64,000 nucleotides of DNA from Hyaloraphidium curvatum SAG 235-1. Taxonomy: Eukaryota > Fungi > Monoblepharomycota. The stretch covers positions 620,001 to 684,000 of the forward strand of contig JAIVFI010000023.1 in assembly GCA_025558095.1 (NCBI GenBank), in the 5' to 3' direction. A program made the translations under genes and the position numbers. The notes beneath the pieces are model-generated. The model had not been told where the DNA came from and did not search any database. It saw only the letters and a program-made list of their open reading frames with translations. Positions 46,483-57,241 of this stretch are shown in pieces (position 1 is the stretch's first letter; each line of letters opens with the position of its first letter).

Positions 46483-48810
46483 TCATACAGAAAAGGAATA
46501 CACGCCTCCATAGGGATAGATCTGAAAAACCAGCCTAGATCCGGTCCACCACACGACGGGCTTTTGACGCTCCTCGTCGCGATCAAGCACTGCCTTGCTG
46601 CCCTGCCCCTGCCTCCATATCCAGAACTTGTCGGCCGTCGAGTACAGAACAGCCCCTCCTGCGACCTGCTCCACTTTCCCGCTCGCTGCAACCGACACCG
46701 CCGTCGATCCGTTGACAGATGCCATGAGCGAAATCGCGGCGCCGTCCTGGTCCTCCATGCTCCAGGCCAGGACGCCGTCCGCGACCGAGTAATCGAAGAT
46801 GAACGAGCTCCCGGCGATTGAGGCGATCACCGCCGGCGACGATTCGGGTGCAGCCATCGACAAGAGAGATCTGGATCCGGCGTCGGCCCAGACAACCCTG
46901 CTCCCGTCCGTCCGCGGATTCCGGCCGCCCGCATCCGTGGATACCTTGGTCGTGAGGTTGGTGGCCGATGACCAGTGGAAGACGTGGAAGGCTTGCTGTG
47001 CTTGCAAGCCAAAGTAGACGTGAACTTCGCTGCCGTTGACGAAAAAGTCGTACGAGGATTCCGCGCCCGAAACAGGCGGTTGCATCCCAACCGGGCACGG
47101 AATGCGGACGTACGACCTTGTCGCCGAGTTGTACAGCGCGTAGCCGCACGAAGTGTTCCAAAGGTTGGCCCAGAGCACGTAGCCGGCCCTGGCGACCGGC
47201 TTCCCCTCCGTCGCTCCCGCCACCCCTGCCGAGGCGTTGATCCAGGGCTGATCAGCGCTCAGGTTCACCGTCTGCGCCCAGATTTGGTCGTCCCACCCGT
47301 ACAGGCATTTCCCGAGTGTGCATGCCGGAACGCTCCGGAGTATGTAGGCCCCATTGCCTTGTTCCGCCAAGGCCCATGTCCAATCCGAAAAGTCCGCTCC
47401 GAGCATAGAGGTAACGATGCGCGACGTGCCCGTGGAAGTGTCGAGCGAAAGCAGGTAGGGTGGATTGGGGCCCAAAGAAGCTGAAAGCACCAGTCTGTTA
47501 CCCCGCGCGGTGAAAAGCACAGGTTGAAAGAGGTTCGGCAGCGCGAGTGGGGTGTAGGCAAGGGCCGGCGACGAAGCCACGAAGAATGAGGCGTCGTAAA
47601 CCCCACGGTCCCCGAAAGAATCCGAGGCAGACATGATGATGGAACTAAAGCCTGGCCTGAACGTTGCCGTGCTGAAGGCGCAGACAAAGGTGCGGCCCGA
47701 GATCGAGAGCGGCAACTCTCTCCCTTCTTTTGTGGTTGCCCGAAGCTGCAGCCTGGCGCCTCTGTTGAGGGCGAAGGCCACCCCAGCTAGACGGATCTCC
47801 CCGGAAGCCATAGCCCCCAACGGTCCAGAAGTGAACTCCACAAACGGGGCTCTGTGGATCACGTAGTTGAACACGCCGGTGCGCTGGCGGCTGCCCTTGT
47901 CCTTGACAAGCACGGTCAAGGTGTGGTTGCCCCCAAGCCCATCGTTTCCGGAGTGGTCCGAGTAATCGAAGTGGCCTTCGACCAGGATCCTGGAGTTGTG
48001 TCGCCGCGGCAAGCCTGCGGGCACACCCGCCAAGACAGTGCGTCCATCGAGCTTGGCATCCACCCGAGACACGCCAGCGACGGCGGACACCGTCAGGTTG
48101 ATGTAGTACCCGCCCCACCCGCCGTTCTCCCCGGTTTCGACCGAGATGTTCAAGGAAAACGGAACGTTGCTGACGGTGGCGCTCCGCCGCAGATCCCTCG
48201 TCGAGCCGTTGGGCAGCCGGATGCGGGCCAGGATCGCGCGGACCCCGTCGCCGGAGCGGGCCGTGTCCCACGACGCCGGGTGCCCGAAGCGGTCCGCACC
48301 GCGACCGAGGGATCGGCCGTCCACGAACCACGTGACGTGGCCTTGCACTTCGGGCAGCACGGACAGCTCCACGGTGCCGGAAACTGGGCTGGCCATGCTC
48401 ATGGCGATGTACAGCGGCGTCGGGCGGGGCGCCGTGGTGGTGGCTCTCCTCCTGGACGACGTGCGGCGCTTCGTGGTCGTCTGGCGCTTCATGGTCGTCC
48501 TGCGCCTGGTGGTTGTCCGGCGCTTCGCGCTCGCCTTCCTCGAAGTCGTCGTCTTCGGGGCCCTCGGCTGCAGCGCCGGGCCGACCGCATCCCGTCCACC
48601 TGCTCCGACCGGAGCCACGTTGTTGGGAGACTGGACCAAGTCTGCCTCGCCGCGCAGGACGACGGCCGAGCATGCACCCGGTCTGGGGAGGGCGGAGCTT
48701 GCCAGGAGGGCGGCGAGGCCGGCCGCCACCGCGGCGGCCAGGAGAGTCCGATGGGACTTGCCGCGGCGGGTGCCGCGGTACCGAGAGTGTGTTTTTTCGT
48801 CGATTTGCAT
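46483..48810 (-). CDS. Secreted beta-rich protein (bacterial Ig-like modules plus a propeller-like region), intronless
   Basis: Hydrophobic signal; Arg/Lys/Thr-rich linker; SPVSGTVELSV..VTWFVDGRSLG..SWDTARSGDGVR; NPRTDGSRVVW. Confidence 0.65.
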   Translation of the reverse strand: MQIDEKTHSRYRGTRRGKSHRTLLAAAVAAGLAALLASSALPRPGACSAVVLRGEADLVQSPNNVAPVGAGGRDAVGPALQPRAPKTTTSRKASAKRRTTTRRRTTMKRQTTTKRRTSSRRRATTTAPRPTPLYIAMSMASPVSGTVELSVLPEVQGHVTWFVDGRSLGRGADRFGHPASWDTARSGDGVRAILARIRLPNGSTRDLRRSATVSNVPFSLNISVETGENGGWGGYYINLTVSAVAGVSRVDAKLDGRTVLAGVPAGLPRRHNSRILVEGHFDYSDHSGNDGLGGNHTLTVLVKDKGSRQRTGVFNYVIHRAPFVEFTSGPLGAMASGEIRLAGVAFALNRGARLQLRATTKEGRELPLSISGRTFVCAFSTATFRPGFSSIIMSASDSFGDRGVYDASFFVASSPALAYTPLALPNLFQPVLFTARGNRLVLSASLGPNPPYLLSLDTSTGTSRIVTSMLGADFSDWTWALAEQGNGAYILRSVPACTLGKCLYGWDDQIWAQTVNLSADQPWINASAGVAGATEGKPVARAGYVLWANLWNTSCGYALYNSATRSYVRIPCPVGMQPPVSGAESSYDFFVNGSEVHVYFGLQAQQAFHVFHWSSATNLTTKVSTDAGGRNPRTDGSRVVWADAGSRSLLSMAAPESSPAVIASIAGSSFIFDYSVADGVLAWSMEDQDGAAISLMASVNGSTAVSVAASGKVEQVAGGAVLYSTADKFWIWRQGQGSKAVLDRDEERQKPVVWWTGSRLVFQIYPYGGVYSFSV

Positions 48811-48873
48811 GGGAAAGTTCCGAAAGCTCGTCTGAGTCTGTCACGGAGTGTGACTCGTTCAGGGACGCGCTTC

Positions 48874-48906
48874 GCCACACGGCCACACGGCAACACGGCC
48901 ACACGG
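48874..48906. repeat. Four tandem copies of the 8-bp unit GCCACACG
   Basis: gccacacg gccacacg gcaacacg gccacacg, upstream of the 46483-48810 gene. Confidence 0.7.
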
Positions 48907-49141
48907 AGCCTCCCCGTCAAGCTCTCCTTAGGCCGCTAACGACTGCACTCTCGTCAACACGATGATCACGAATGCTCACACAGCAACAGAATACACGGGA
49001 TAATGGGTCTCCATCCGCAAGACGAACCTTAGCCCCGTCCACCACACGTTCAGTCGCCGGTAGGACATGTGCCATTCGGAGCCTGCCTTTTGCTGTACAG
49101 CGCAACTTCGAACCATGAACCAGCTTCTCGCCAACCCCACG

Positions 49142-50947
49142 TCACAACTCCGTCCCCTGCAGTATCCGCCGCCTCAGCCTGACCGGGACCGCCACGGTCC
49201 CGTTTTCCCCCACCGCACCCAGGTGATCGGGCGACCAGTTCTTCAGACAGTCGCCCAGCTCCAACCCCGGCACCGCATCCGCCGCCGAGTTGGCCGCCAG
49301 CCCCGCTCCCACGTCGTACGAGGCATCGATCACCGCGCTGGCCATGTCCACGCCGTACCCCATGTCCGCCAGCGACGCCGCGGTGATCCTCGACAGCGGG
49401 TTGCCCCCCCGCACGGCGACGTACCCGGTCATGAGCTCGTTGCCAAAGGTGGTCTCGCGGAAGTGGGAGCACCGCGTCCCCGCGCCGCCGGCGTTCTCGA
49501 CGGGCACGGCGGTGCGGGGCAGCGTGTTGCGGCGATCCACGAAGGGCAGCACGGCGACCGCCTGCGGCCCGGCAAAGACGGGATCCGCGGTAGCGGGGTT
49601 GCTGAAGCAGTTGGACGGCACCAGCAAGTCCCGCAGCGTCCAGAGGGTGCCGATCCCCAGCACGTGCCCCATCTCGTGCAGCACCACGGCCTCGAGGATG
49701 CCCATGGTGGTCATGGTCGCCATGTCGGCCGAGTCGAAGGACATGAACCCTGAGAGGGGGAGAGAGTCGGAGGAGCGGTAGTACTGCGGCCCCGCGGAGC
49801 CGAGGATGCGACCGGGGCCGTCGATGGCGGGGACCTCGAAGCCGATGATGAGGTCGTCGACGAAGCCGCACGAGAGGACGGTGGCCCCGCTGTTGTCGGT
49901 GATGCAGAAGGGGATGGAAGCCGTGCGGTCCGAGAGGTCGTCCGTGATCAATGTCATCCAGGTCTGCGCGGCGCGGATGAAGGTGGCGTCGTAGGCGGAG
50001 TTGCCGCCGCACGAGATTAGCTCGATGTTAAAGACGTCGGCGGCGGTGGTGGAGGGGCTCCGCGAGGGGAAGGGCACGGGGAGGTAGGTGCAGCCGGCCC
50101 GGATGATGCGGTTGCGCGGGTCCAGGGTGGGGGTGATCATGCGCACCGTGGTCGTGGGCGTGCGGTACTGCGTTGTTGTGCGCGGCTCGACGACGGCGGG
50201 GATTCCCGTCGTCGGCGCCGCGGTGGTCCGCGTACGGGTTGCTGTGGCCGTTCGGGTCGACACCCGCCACGCGGTGGCCGCCGGCCGCCCCGAGCCTGGG
50301 CTTATAGCCAGGAGCTGCCTCGCGCCAGCGGCAAAGAACCGCACTACGCCCCGGTTGTCGATGGTGAACCGCGTCGCGGGCCTGCCGCCGACAGACACCA
50401 AAACCAAGGCCCACTCTGTCTGCCGGCACCGCAGCGAGATGCGGCCGTCGGTGCCGAACCGGGCGGCAAAGGTGGTGCAGCCGACGTTTGCCGGCAGCCG
50501 GATGTTGGAGTTCCACCTGATCGTCCGGAGGGCGGAAAAGACGACCCGAGGGTTGCCGTCGGACCATACGAACGCCCAGCGGCCGTCGGGCGAGCCGATG
50601 TCGATCTGCGTGGCGCCCGCCACTGCCGTGTCGCACAGGCGCCGGCGCAGCGCCGCGTTGAAGGCGCATCGCGGGGCGACCAATTGGCGCGCCTTCAGTA
50701 GCCCCAGCACGCCGTCCCCCTCGGCGTCAGCCGCACCCCCGGAGACCACAAAGGAAAAAGGATCGCCCGACGTCCGCGCACCGGAGTCCGCCGGTGCACG
50801 CGCAGCGACATCGTGGGGGTGCCCGGCGGCGGCGGGGGCCCATGCCGCTAGCAGCAGGGTTGCCGCCAGGAGCGCGGGGGCGAGTCGGGCGAGCCACGGC
50901 GGCGCCCGCCGCCGGCTGCCCCGCGGATCCCGGGATCTGGAGCTCAT
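49142..50947 (-). CDS. Secreted leishmanolysin-like (M8) zinc metalloprotease with an N-terminal B-lectin-like domain, intronless
   Basis: IDGPGRILGSAGP, VVLHEMGHVLGIG and SHFRETTFGNELMTGY (third His and Met-turn). Signal peptide and Thr-rich linker. Confidence 0.85.
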   Translation of the reverse strand: MSSRSRDPRGSRRRAPPWLARLAPALLAATLLLAAWAPAAAGHPHDVAARAPADSGARTSGDPFSFVVSGGAADAEGDGVLGLLKARQLVAPRCAFNAALRRRLCDTAVAGATQIDIGSPDGRWAFVWSDGNPRVVFSALRTIRWNSNIRLPANVGCTTFAARFGTDGRISLRCRQTEWALVLVSVGGRPATRFTIDNRGVVRFFAAGARQLLAISPGSGRPAATAWRVSTRTATATRTRTTAAPTTGIPAVVEPRTTTQYRTPTTTVRMITPTLDPRNRIIRAGCTYLPVPFPSRSPSTTAADVFNIELISCGGNSAYDATFIRAAQTWMTLITDDLSDRTASIPFCITDNSGATVLSCGFVDDLIIGFEVPAIDGPGRILGSAGPQYYRSSDSLPLSGFMSFDSADMATMTTMGILEAVVLHEMGHVLGIGTLWTLRDLLVPSNCFSNPATADPVFAGPQAVAVLPFVDRRNTLPRTAVPVENAGGAGTRCSHFRETTFGNELMTGYVAVRGGNPLSRITAASLADMGYGVDMASAVIDASYDVGAGLAANSAADAVPGLELGDCLKNWSPDHLGAVGENGTVAVPVRLRRRILQGTEL

Positions 50948-51420
50948 AGTGGGTATAAAAGGGCGGAGCCTATGTCCGGCCGGGCACATTGCGATGCTCG
51001 GGCCGGAACAAGGTGCCGCTGCTTTGCGTCAGGCGACCGTGAGGCGCAGTGACCGTGCGCAAATCCCGCCCATGCCGCTGGACACAGCACCTCCGATTCC
51101 AGGTCGCGAGTCCCTGATTGCCGTCCTGGTGCTGGGCCAAAACCTGGACTACTACGACCGGCGCACCGTGCGCCACATTCTGAGGGCGGGGGGCACGGGG
51201 GACGTCGACGACGCGTGCGACCGGTGCGGCGACGGCGGACGGGGAGCTTCGCCGCTGCTCGCGTGCAGGGTCGCCCGCTAGTGCGGCGCGGATTGCCAGC
51301 GGGAGCATTGGACGGAGGACGGGGAGGTCTGCAGGGACTGGCCTTGAAGGACAGAAGGATGCTGTGTGGGCTCGGTCGTCGCAGATAGATTCGTCTTGCT
51401 CAGACCAAAGTAAGTATCGC

Positions 51421-54400
51421 TCAGGCGCCCCACATCGGCAACTTTTTCGTCTCGACCGCATCCAGTCCCAGGAGCTTCTCGTACCCCGCCCCGCCCTCCA
51501 CCATCCCCTCCCTCGGCGCCCGCCGCCTGCGGAGCGCCACCGCCACCGCCGCCGCCGCCGCGCAGCACGCGGCCACCAGCGCCGCCGCGCACACCGCGAC
51601 CGCCCCCGCCGCGAGCGCCTGCGAGCCCGTCTGCGCCTGTGCGGGGGCGGCCGGGACGCCGGGCTGGGGAGCGATCGCCGTCGTCGCGCCGGGGGCTTCG
51701 GCGCTGGCGGGGATCCGCATGCCGGCCTGCGCGTCGGCGTCCAGGGAGGCCGTCTGGCGGACCGATCCGGCGGAGAAGCGGGTTTCCCGCGCCAGGAGAC
51801 GCCGCCGCCGCTGGCCGGTCGCCGAGGCGACGTCGAAGTAGATGCGGAAGGTGGCGTAGAAGGTGTAACCCGAGACCGAGTCGAAGTCGTCCGTGGTGAG
51901 GAAGGAAAGGAGCGAATAGTCCTTGGCGGCGTCATCGCGGGGGAGCATGTTGGGGGTGATCTTCATCACCACCGTGTCCGATCCCGGGGTGTAAGTGAAG
52001 TTGGTGTTGACAGCGAGCTGCGTGAGCGCGCCGGCGGCCAGCGGGCCCGCGGGCGAGTCGACGAGGGTGCTGTTGATGTACCGCCGCACCATCTGCGCGT
52101 TGCCCGCGTTGGGAGCCCGCAGCACCATGCTCCGCTCGACGCTCATCTTGGTCAGCCGCGACTCGAAGATCGGCAGGTCGGGCGAGACGAAGGTCGCCGT
52201 CAGGGTCACGGTCTCGCCGAAGAAGTAACCCCCCGAGGGCGCCCTCTTCCTCAGCGGCGCGGCCGACCGCCTGCGGAGCGCGCCGGGGCGCTGCACCACC
52301 GCCACGAGGTTGGTCAGCTGGTACCCGTTCGTCATGCTGGCCTTTTCGTTCCACGCGATGAGCACGTCCAGCGCCGTAAGGGTCTCGAGGGAGGTTGCGC
52401 CGTTGGGGATCGGTTTCCACCCGTACACCGAGTCCATGGAGGCCATCACCTGCCGGTCCGAGGTGACCAACAGGTGCATCATGGCCATCTTGAGCAGGCC
52501 GTCGTCGATGATGGCGCAGAGGAGGAGCTGCTCGTAGGCCGTCCAGACTTGCTGCTGGTAGCATGTCGCGGTCTGCGGCGCGGTGACCTCCGAGCCGCCG
52601 AAGGTGACTGATTGGAAAGAGACCATGGAGGCGTCGCCGCCGATGGGGCCGAGGGATGCGTACGGGTAGGCGGTGGGGAGGGGAGCGTTGATCGTGACCG
52701 TGGCGGGGCCGGCCTGCGGGAGGAAGGCGGAGGGTGTGAGGCGCAGATCGGACGCAGAACGCGAGAGCAAACATACCGGAGTCGTGGTTGTCGTCGTGGT
52801 CGTCGTCGTGGTCGTCGTCGTCGTGCTTGTGGTAACGATCGCCGGCGGGCTTCCCGCGCCGCCCGCGCCGGGGGTGGGGGACGTGCCCAGCGAGCCCGTC
52901 GCGATCGTCTCGACCTCGCACACCTTGGCCATGCCCGGCGCCGGATCCGCGAGTCCCAGCGAGCCCGCGCTGCACGTGGCCCCGTTGCTGTACGTGCCGT
53001 AGGCCCACGCGCCCGTCGCGGGGTCCCCGTACCGCACCCGCTTGGTCCCCGCGAACGCGCACGCTTTGCCGTCGGTCGCGCACTGACCCCAGGTGGCGAC
53101 CACCGTGGTCCCGGCCGCATCCGACGTCTCGGCTTCGTACCAACAGCTCTTGGGGTTACCGACGGAGGGATCGCCGAGCGCCGCGGCGACCGCGGAGCAC
53201 GCGACGCCGCCCGTGTAGCTCCCGTACGCGAACTGTCCCAGGTTGTCGTTGCCGTACCGCACGGGCCGGGTGCCGGTGAAGCTGCAGTCGGGCTCGCAGG
53301 CGACCCAGGCGTCCACGGGGGTGCCGGGCTTGTCGCAGACCATCTGGCCCGTGACCGAGGCGACGGTCTTGAAGAGGGTGGAGCAGAGGTTGAGCTTGAG
53401 CGCGCCCGTGTCGTCGGCGGTGCCGACGTAGGCGTTGGCGGAGAGCACCTTTCCCTTGCAGTTGGTGGTGTCGGCGGCGCCGGGGAAGCAGTCCGTGTCG
53501 AAGTTGAAGACGTACGTGCCGCCGACCTCGCAGTAGTCGCCGATGTTGATGCGCACCTGCCCGTACTGCCAACAGAAGTCCTGGGTGTTGAAGGCCGCGT
53601 TGGAGCCGTCAGTCTTGATGCAGGTCGGGCGCTGGTACGAGGAAATCTCGACAGAGCCGGTGTAGCCGGGCATGCTGACGGGTCCGGCGGGCGCCAGGGT
53701 GAGGTTGTTGGGCCACCTAATAAGGCAGAAGGGTGAGAACCGCACACGTTAGCCCGAAATGAGGGAGCCTTACCTGCTATACATCTGGAAGTCGGCCACG
53801 AGGAAGCGTTGCCCGTTCGATTGGTCGAAGTAGACACCAGTCAGGTTGAAGTTCTTGATGCCCGACTCCTCGAGGATCTTGACGTTGGCCTGAACGTTGA
53901 CGGTCGTGGGCAGGGCGATCGAGACGGGGTAGGCGTAGCGCGAGGCCTGGCGGTTGCCCCCGGGGAAGGCGTCCTGCCACTCCAGGTATACGGTGTTGTT
54001 GCGGACCTCGTAGCCGGGGCGGCTGACGGTGTCGGGGTTCGACCAGGCGCAGCCGCGGAGCGAGCGCCACGTCCCCTGGAGGGTGAAGTCGTAGCGGCAG
54101 GCCGCGGTGCTGCCGACCGAGTCCGCCACGCAGACGGGCGTGCCGTGCATGTCCTTGCCGAGGTACATGGTCATCTTGCGGCCCGCGACGGGCTTGGTCC
54201 ACGCGGCGACCGAGATGTCGGCGCGGGTCATGTTTGTTCGCGCGGCGTCGACCTGGGCGGGCGGCCGGGGGTCAACGCTGTCCAGATGGCCCTGCCGGCA
54301 CGCGAGGATTCACCTGAGGGGCGTTCGTACCGGGCTGTCCGGACGTGCAGCCCGCGAGGGCGGCGAGCTCGGAGCGCCCCGTCCAGGAGACGCCCTGGGC

Positions 54401-54460
54401 GTCCGCGCGGCCGGCGAGGGCCAGCACGGCAGCGCCGGCGGCGGCCAAGAGTCCCCGCAT
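51421..54460 (-). CDS. Type I membrane/surface protein with two Cys-rich VRYG modules, a poly-Thr linker, a polybasic cleavage site and a TM helix
   Basis: Signal MRGLLAAAGAAVLALAG; two C.F.GT..VRYG...AYG.Y..G..CS...DP..G..K.C repeats; RRRRLL; Ala/Val TM followed by RRRR. Several introns. Confidence 0.7.
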
Positions 54461-55184
54461 GGTGGGAAGGGCGCGGGCCGGTGCGATGGTGGAAGTGCGG
54501 TCGAGGACGGGGGGACGCTCGGTCCCTTTGTGCGTCCCAGGCAACCCCTAGCGGTCGCCGCGAGACCCTATCGCCAGGGCCGAGACCCGATTCACAGATC
54601 CCGCCGCCCGCGTTGCCGCACCCGCCCAAGAAGGACGCCCGGTGCGGCACGTGTGCATGAAGGAGCTGAATTATGTCGGGCACTCGTGCCATCGTACGGG
54701 ACGGGCGCCGCCTTGCAACTGCTGCGTCCCCAGCGAATACTTGGCCGCAACCGGATTTGAGCTTGCGGGCACGGGCGGATCTTGAGACTTCACTCTTCCC
54801 CGGTCCGAATTTTTGGCCGGACTCGCATTCTGCCAGGTTTACTCCACCCGGGAGCTCGCCAACGCGATGTCAAAACAGGGGCGATCCCCGGCCTAGACCA
54901 GCGCCCGAAAGAGCCCAGCCCCCGCCGTGCCGCAGGTGCCGCAAGAGTGCTTCCGGCGCAGCAAGCAGTGCATGGAAGAGGTGGCATTTTGCTACATCTT
55001 CGTGTACTCCAACGCAGCCAGCACTGTTTTGCAGTGGGAGCGGCTTCGCTGCTTCGACACCTCGGTCCCCGAGTTTGTCGGCCGGGCGGTTGGTGCCTGG
55101 ATTACATCCCATCGCGTGAGGGCCCGTGCGTCCCTCATTCGCCAAGAGCAAACAGCTCCCCCGAAACCAGCGAGCCACCGAACG

Positions 55185-55719
55185 ATGCGCCTTCTCGCCG
55201 CCCTCCTCGCCCTTGCGCTCGCTGTCGTCGCCACCGCCCTGCCGGCGGCGGCCGCGCCCGGCGCCGCGGTGCTCTTCGCCCGCTCCTGCGCGGACTGCGG
55301 CGCAGAGTCATTCTGATGCGCTTTCTGAGGATCCCGCGCCCTCACCTTCCTGATCCCCCTCCTGCCCGCCTCCCAGCGAGTACGCCCACCCCGACGCTCC
55401 CGCCGGCAGCGTCGCTTGCGTTATGCACCGTGAAGCCCGGGCCCTCTACCGCCGCTACGACGTCCCCGACTTCTCCCCTTGCTCCGCGGTCCCCTGCACC
55501 GTCACCGTCCTCTCGGACCTCGGCTCCATGGCGCCGAGCGTCTGCGAGGGTAACTGCAAGACATCCGGATCCTGCGTCGCGTACATGATCAGCCCTGTGA
55601 CGTGCCTACTGTACAGCGCGTTCGGAGGGCAGGGCAAGATGCCCGAAATCGGGGACAATTTCTTCGTCAGGGGGGCATCGTCGGGGTGCCCGGCGTCCGG
55701 GACGTGCCCGCCGAGCTGA
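55185..55719 (+). CDS. Small secreted Cys-rich protein with a PAN/apple-like C-terminus; the intron donor is AT instead of GT (possible pseudogene)
   Basis: Signal peptide, VLFARSCADCGAESFC|EYAHPDAPAGSVAC...ALYRRYD and CEGNCKTSGSCVAYMISPVTCLLYS. Intron 55316-55376. Confidence 0.65.
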
Positions 55720-56126
55720 GGGGGCGGAGGGACCTGATCGAAGGTGGGCTGCATAGTGGGTGCTCGTAATCCAGTGGCTTACCGTTGTTTTCAACTGCGC
55801 TTGCTTCATGCTAGGACAGTCCGCAACGCCGATGAGGTGCTTGTCGAAACACAGTGGAACACGTGGAGACTGGTCGGTGGAGGACCGCTACATCAGCATC
55901 AAAGTATCCAATAAGACCAGTTTATGAGCATTGCAGGCTGTGGTAGTCCGTGCAGAGATAGGAATGCGACGAAGTTGCGCTGCTGGTCCGCCGTTGGGTG
56001 CGCGCCGATGCGGCGTGACGCGAATGAGTGGCGGCTGCCAACCGGTTGCTTACGTAACCTAACCACCCCATCGTTGCTGTCCGAGCGAGTTGAAGCTCCC
56101 CCGTGACACCCCGCACTCCCGCAGCA

Positions 56127-57162
56127 ATGACCGCCAAAGCCTTGAAGCGCGCCCGCACCGAGGAGGGCGCCGAGGCCGCGGCCGAGGACGCGGCCACCGC
56201 CGAAGTCGTCACGGTGCGGTTCGTCGGGACCGCCGAAGCGGCCCGCATCTTTCAGTACACGAGATCCGGCATCGTCGCGCGGGCGCCGGGCTCCATCTTT
56301 GCGCACCGTTTCGGGCCGGGCGGGCTGAACGAGGGGAAGGAGGTGCTTCCCGCCGAGTACACGCTGGACCGCAGCGCGGAGCTCTTCGAAAAGCACGTGG
56401 ACCCTTACCTGCGCGGGTACGCCGGGCCAACTTGGAAGGAGTGGAAAGATTGAGCGCGTCGGATCAGCAGCGGCTGCGTGCGGACATGGAGTTCTACGGC
56501 CTGCCGGACGCGTTCCTGCCTTCTCAACCGGCATCGGTCGAACCCCTCGTCCCGCGGCTTTCCGTGTACACCCTCGGACAAGCTCTCCAGCATCTCGACG
56601 GCGCGAACTTTTCCGCTGCTGCAGCCAAGGACGGAAAGGCCGCGAAGCTTGTCCGCCTGGCTCCGACGTTCGTCATCAGGTCCCCTTCCTCGATCATCCT
56701 GGACGCCCAGGCAAAGGCCTACTGGAACGGGGAGAAAGGCGACGACGAGATTATGAGATGTTCCGAAGTTTTGTTGGAACGCTACGCCACGTACCCGGAC
56801 GACGCCGAGGAAAGCGCCTTCTGGACCGCGCTCAACAGGTTGTTTGCCCGCGTCCATGTGGGCGCCGAAGAGGTGGCTGCACAGCGCCCTGTTCCGCGGC
56901 GAGGACATCCGGGACCTCGTGAAGGCCTTCATGAACGGGAAGCAGGACATGGCGGTCCCGGACTTTCCACCACACGTACTCGCTCCGCATCGTGCTCCAG
57001 AAACCGTACATCGCCTTCGCCATCGGCACGGCCACTTCCGGATACGGCAAGTTTGCGGTCGATGTCGTTTACATGGACGAAGAGACGGCAAAGGGCGGAA
57101 TGTATCCCGGAATGGAGCACATCCTCGGGCGTGACGACCGCTTCTTCTTTGAGAACTTGTAG
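56127..57162 (+). pseudogene. KCTD-type BTB/POZ paralogue with three frameshifts
   Basis: Aligns along its length with 45247-46326 (RAPGSIFAH.FGPGGLNEGK; FYGLPD; EHILGRDDR.FF). Frame changes at about 56450, 56842 and 56970. Confidence 0.78.
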
Positions 57163-57241
57163 ATGAGGTTCACGGGAAGAGCCATTTGACCGTTGTATTG
57201 TAGCTCAATCAAGGGTATCCATCGGCTAGCGGCCGACCCGC

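Noticed and set aside
52782-52832. GTC/GTG microsatellite
   Set aside because: It encodes the poly-Thr linker of the surface protein.
45247-57162. Inverted paralogues as terminal inverted repeats of a large transposon
   Set aside because: Similarity is protein-level and diverged. No transposase, recombinase or target-site duplication was seen.
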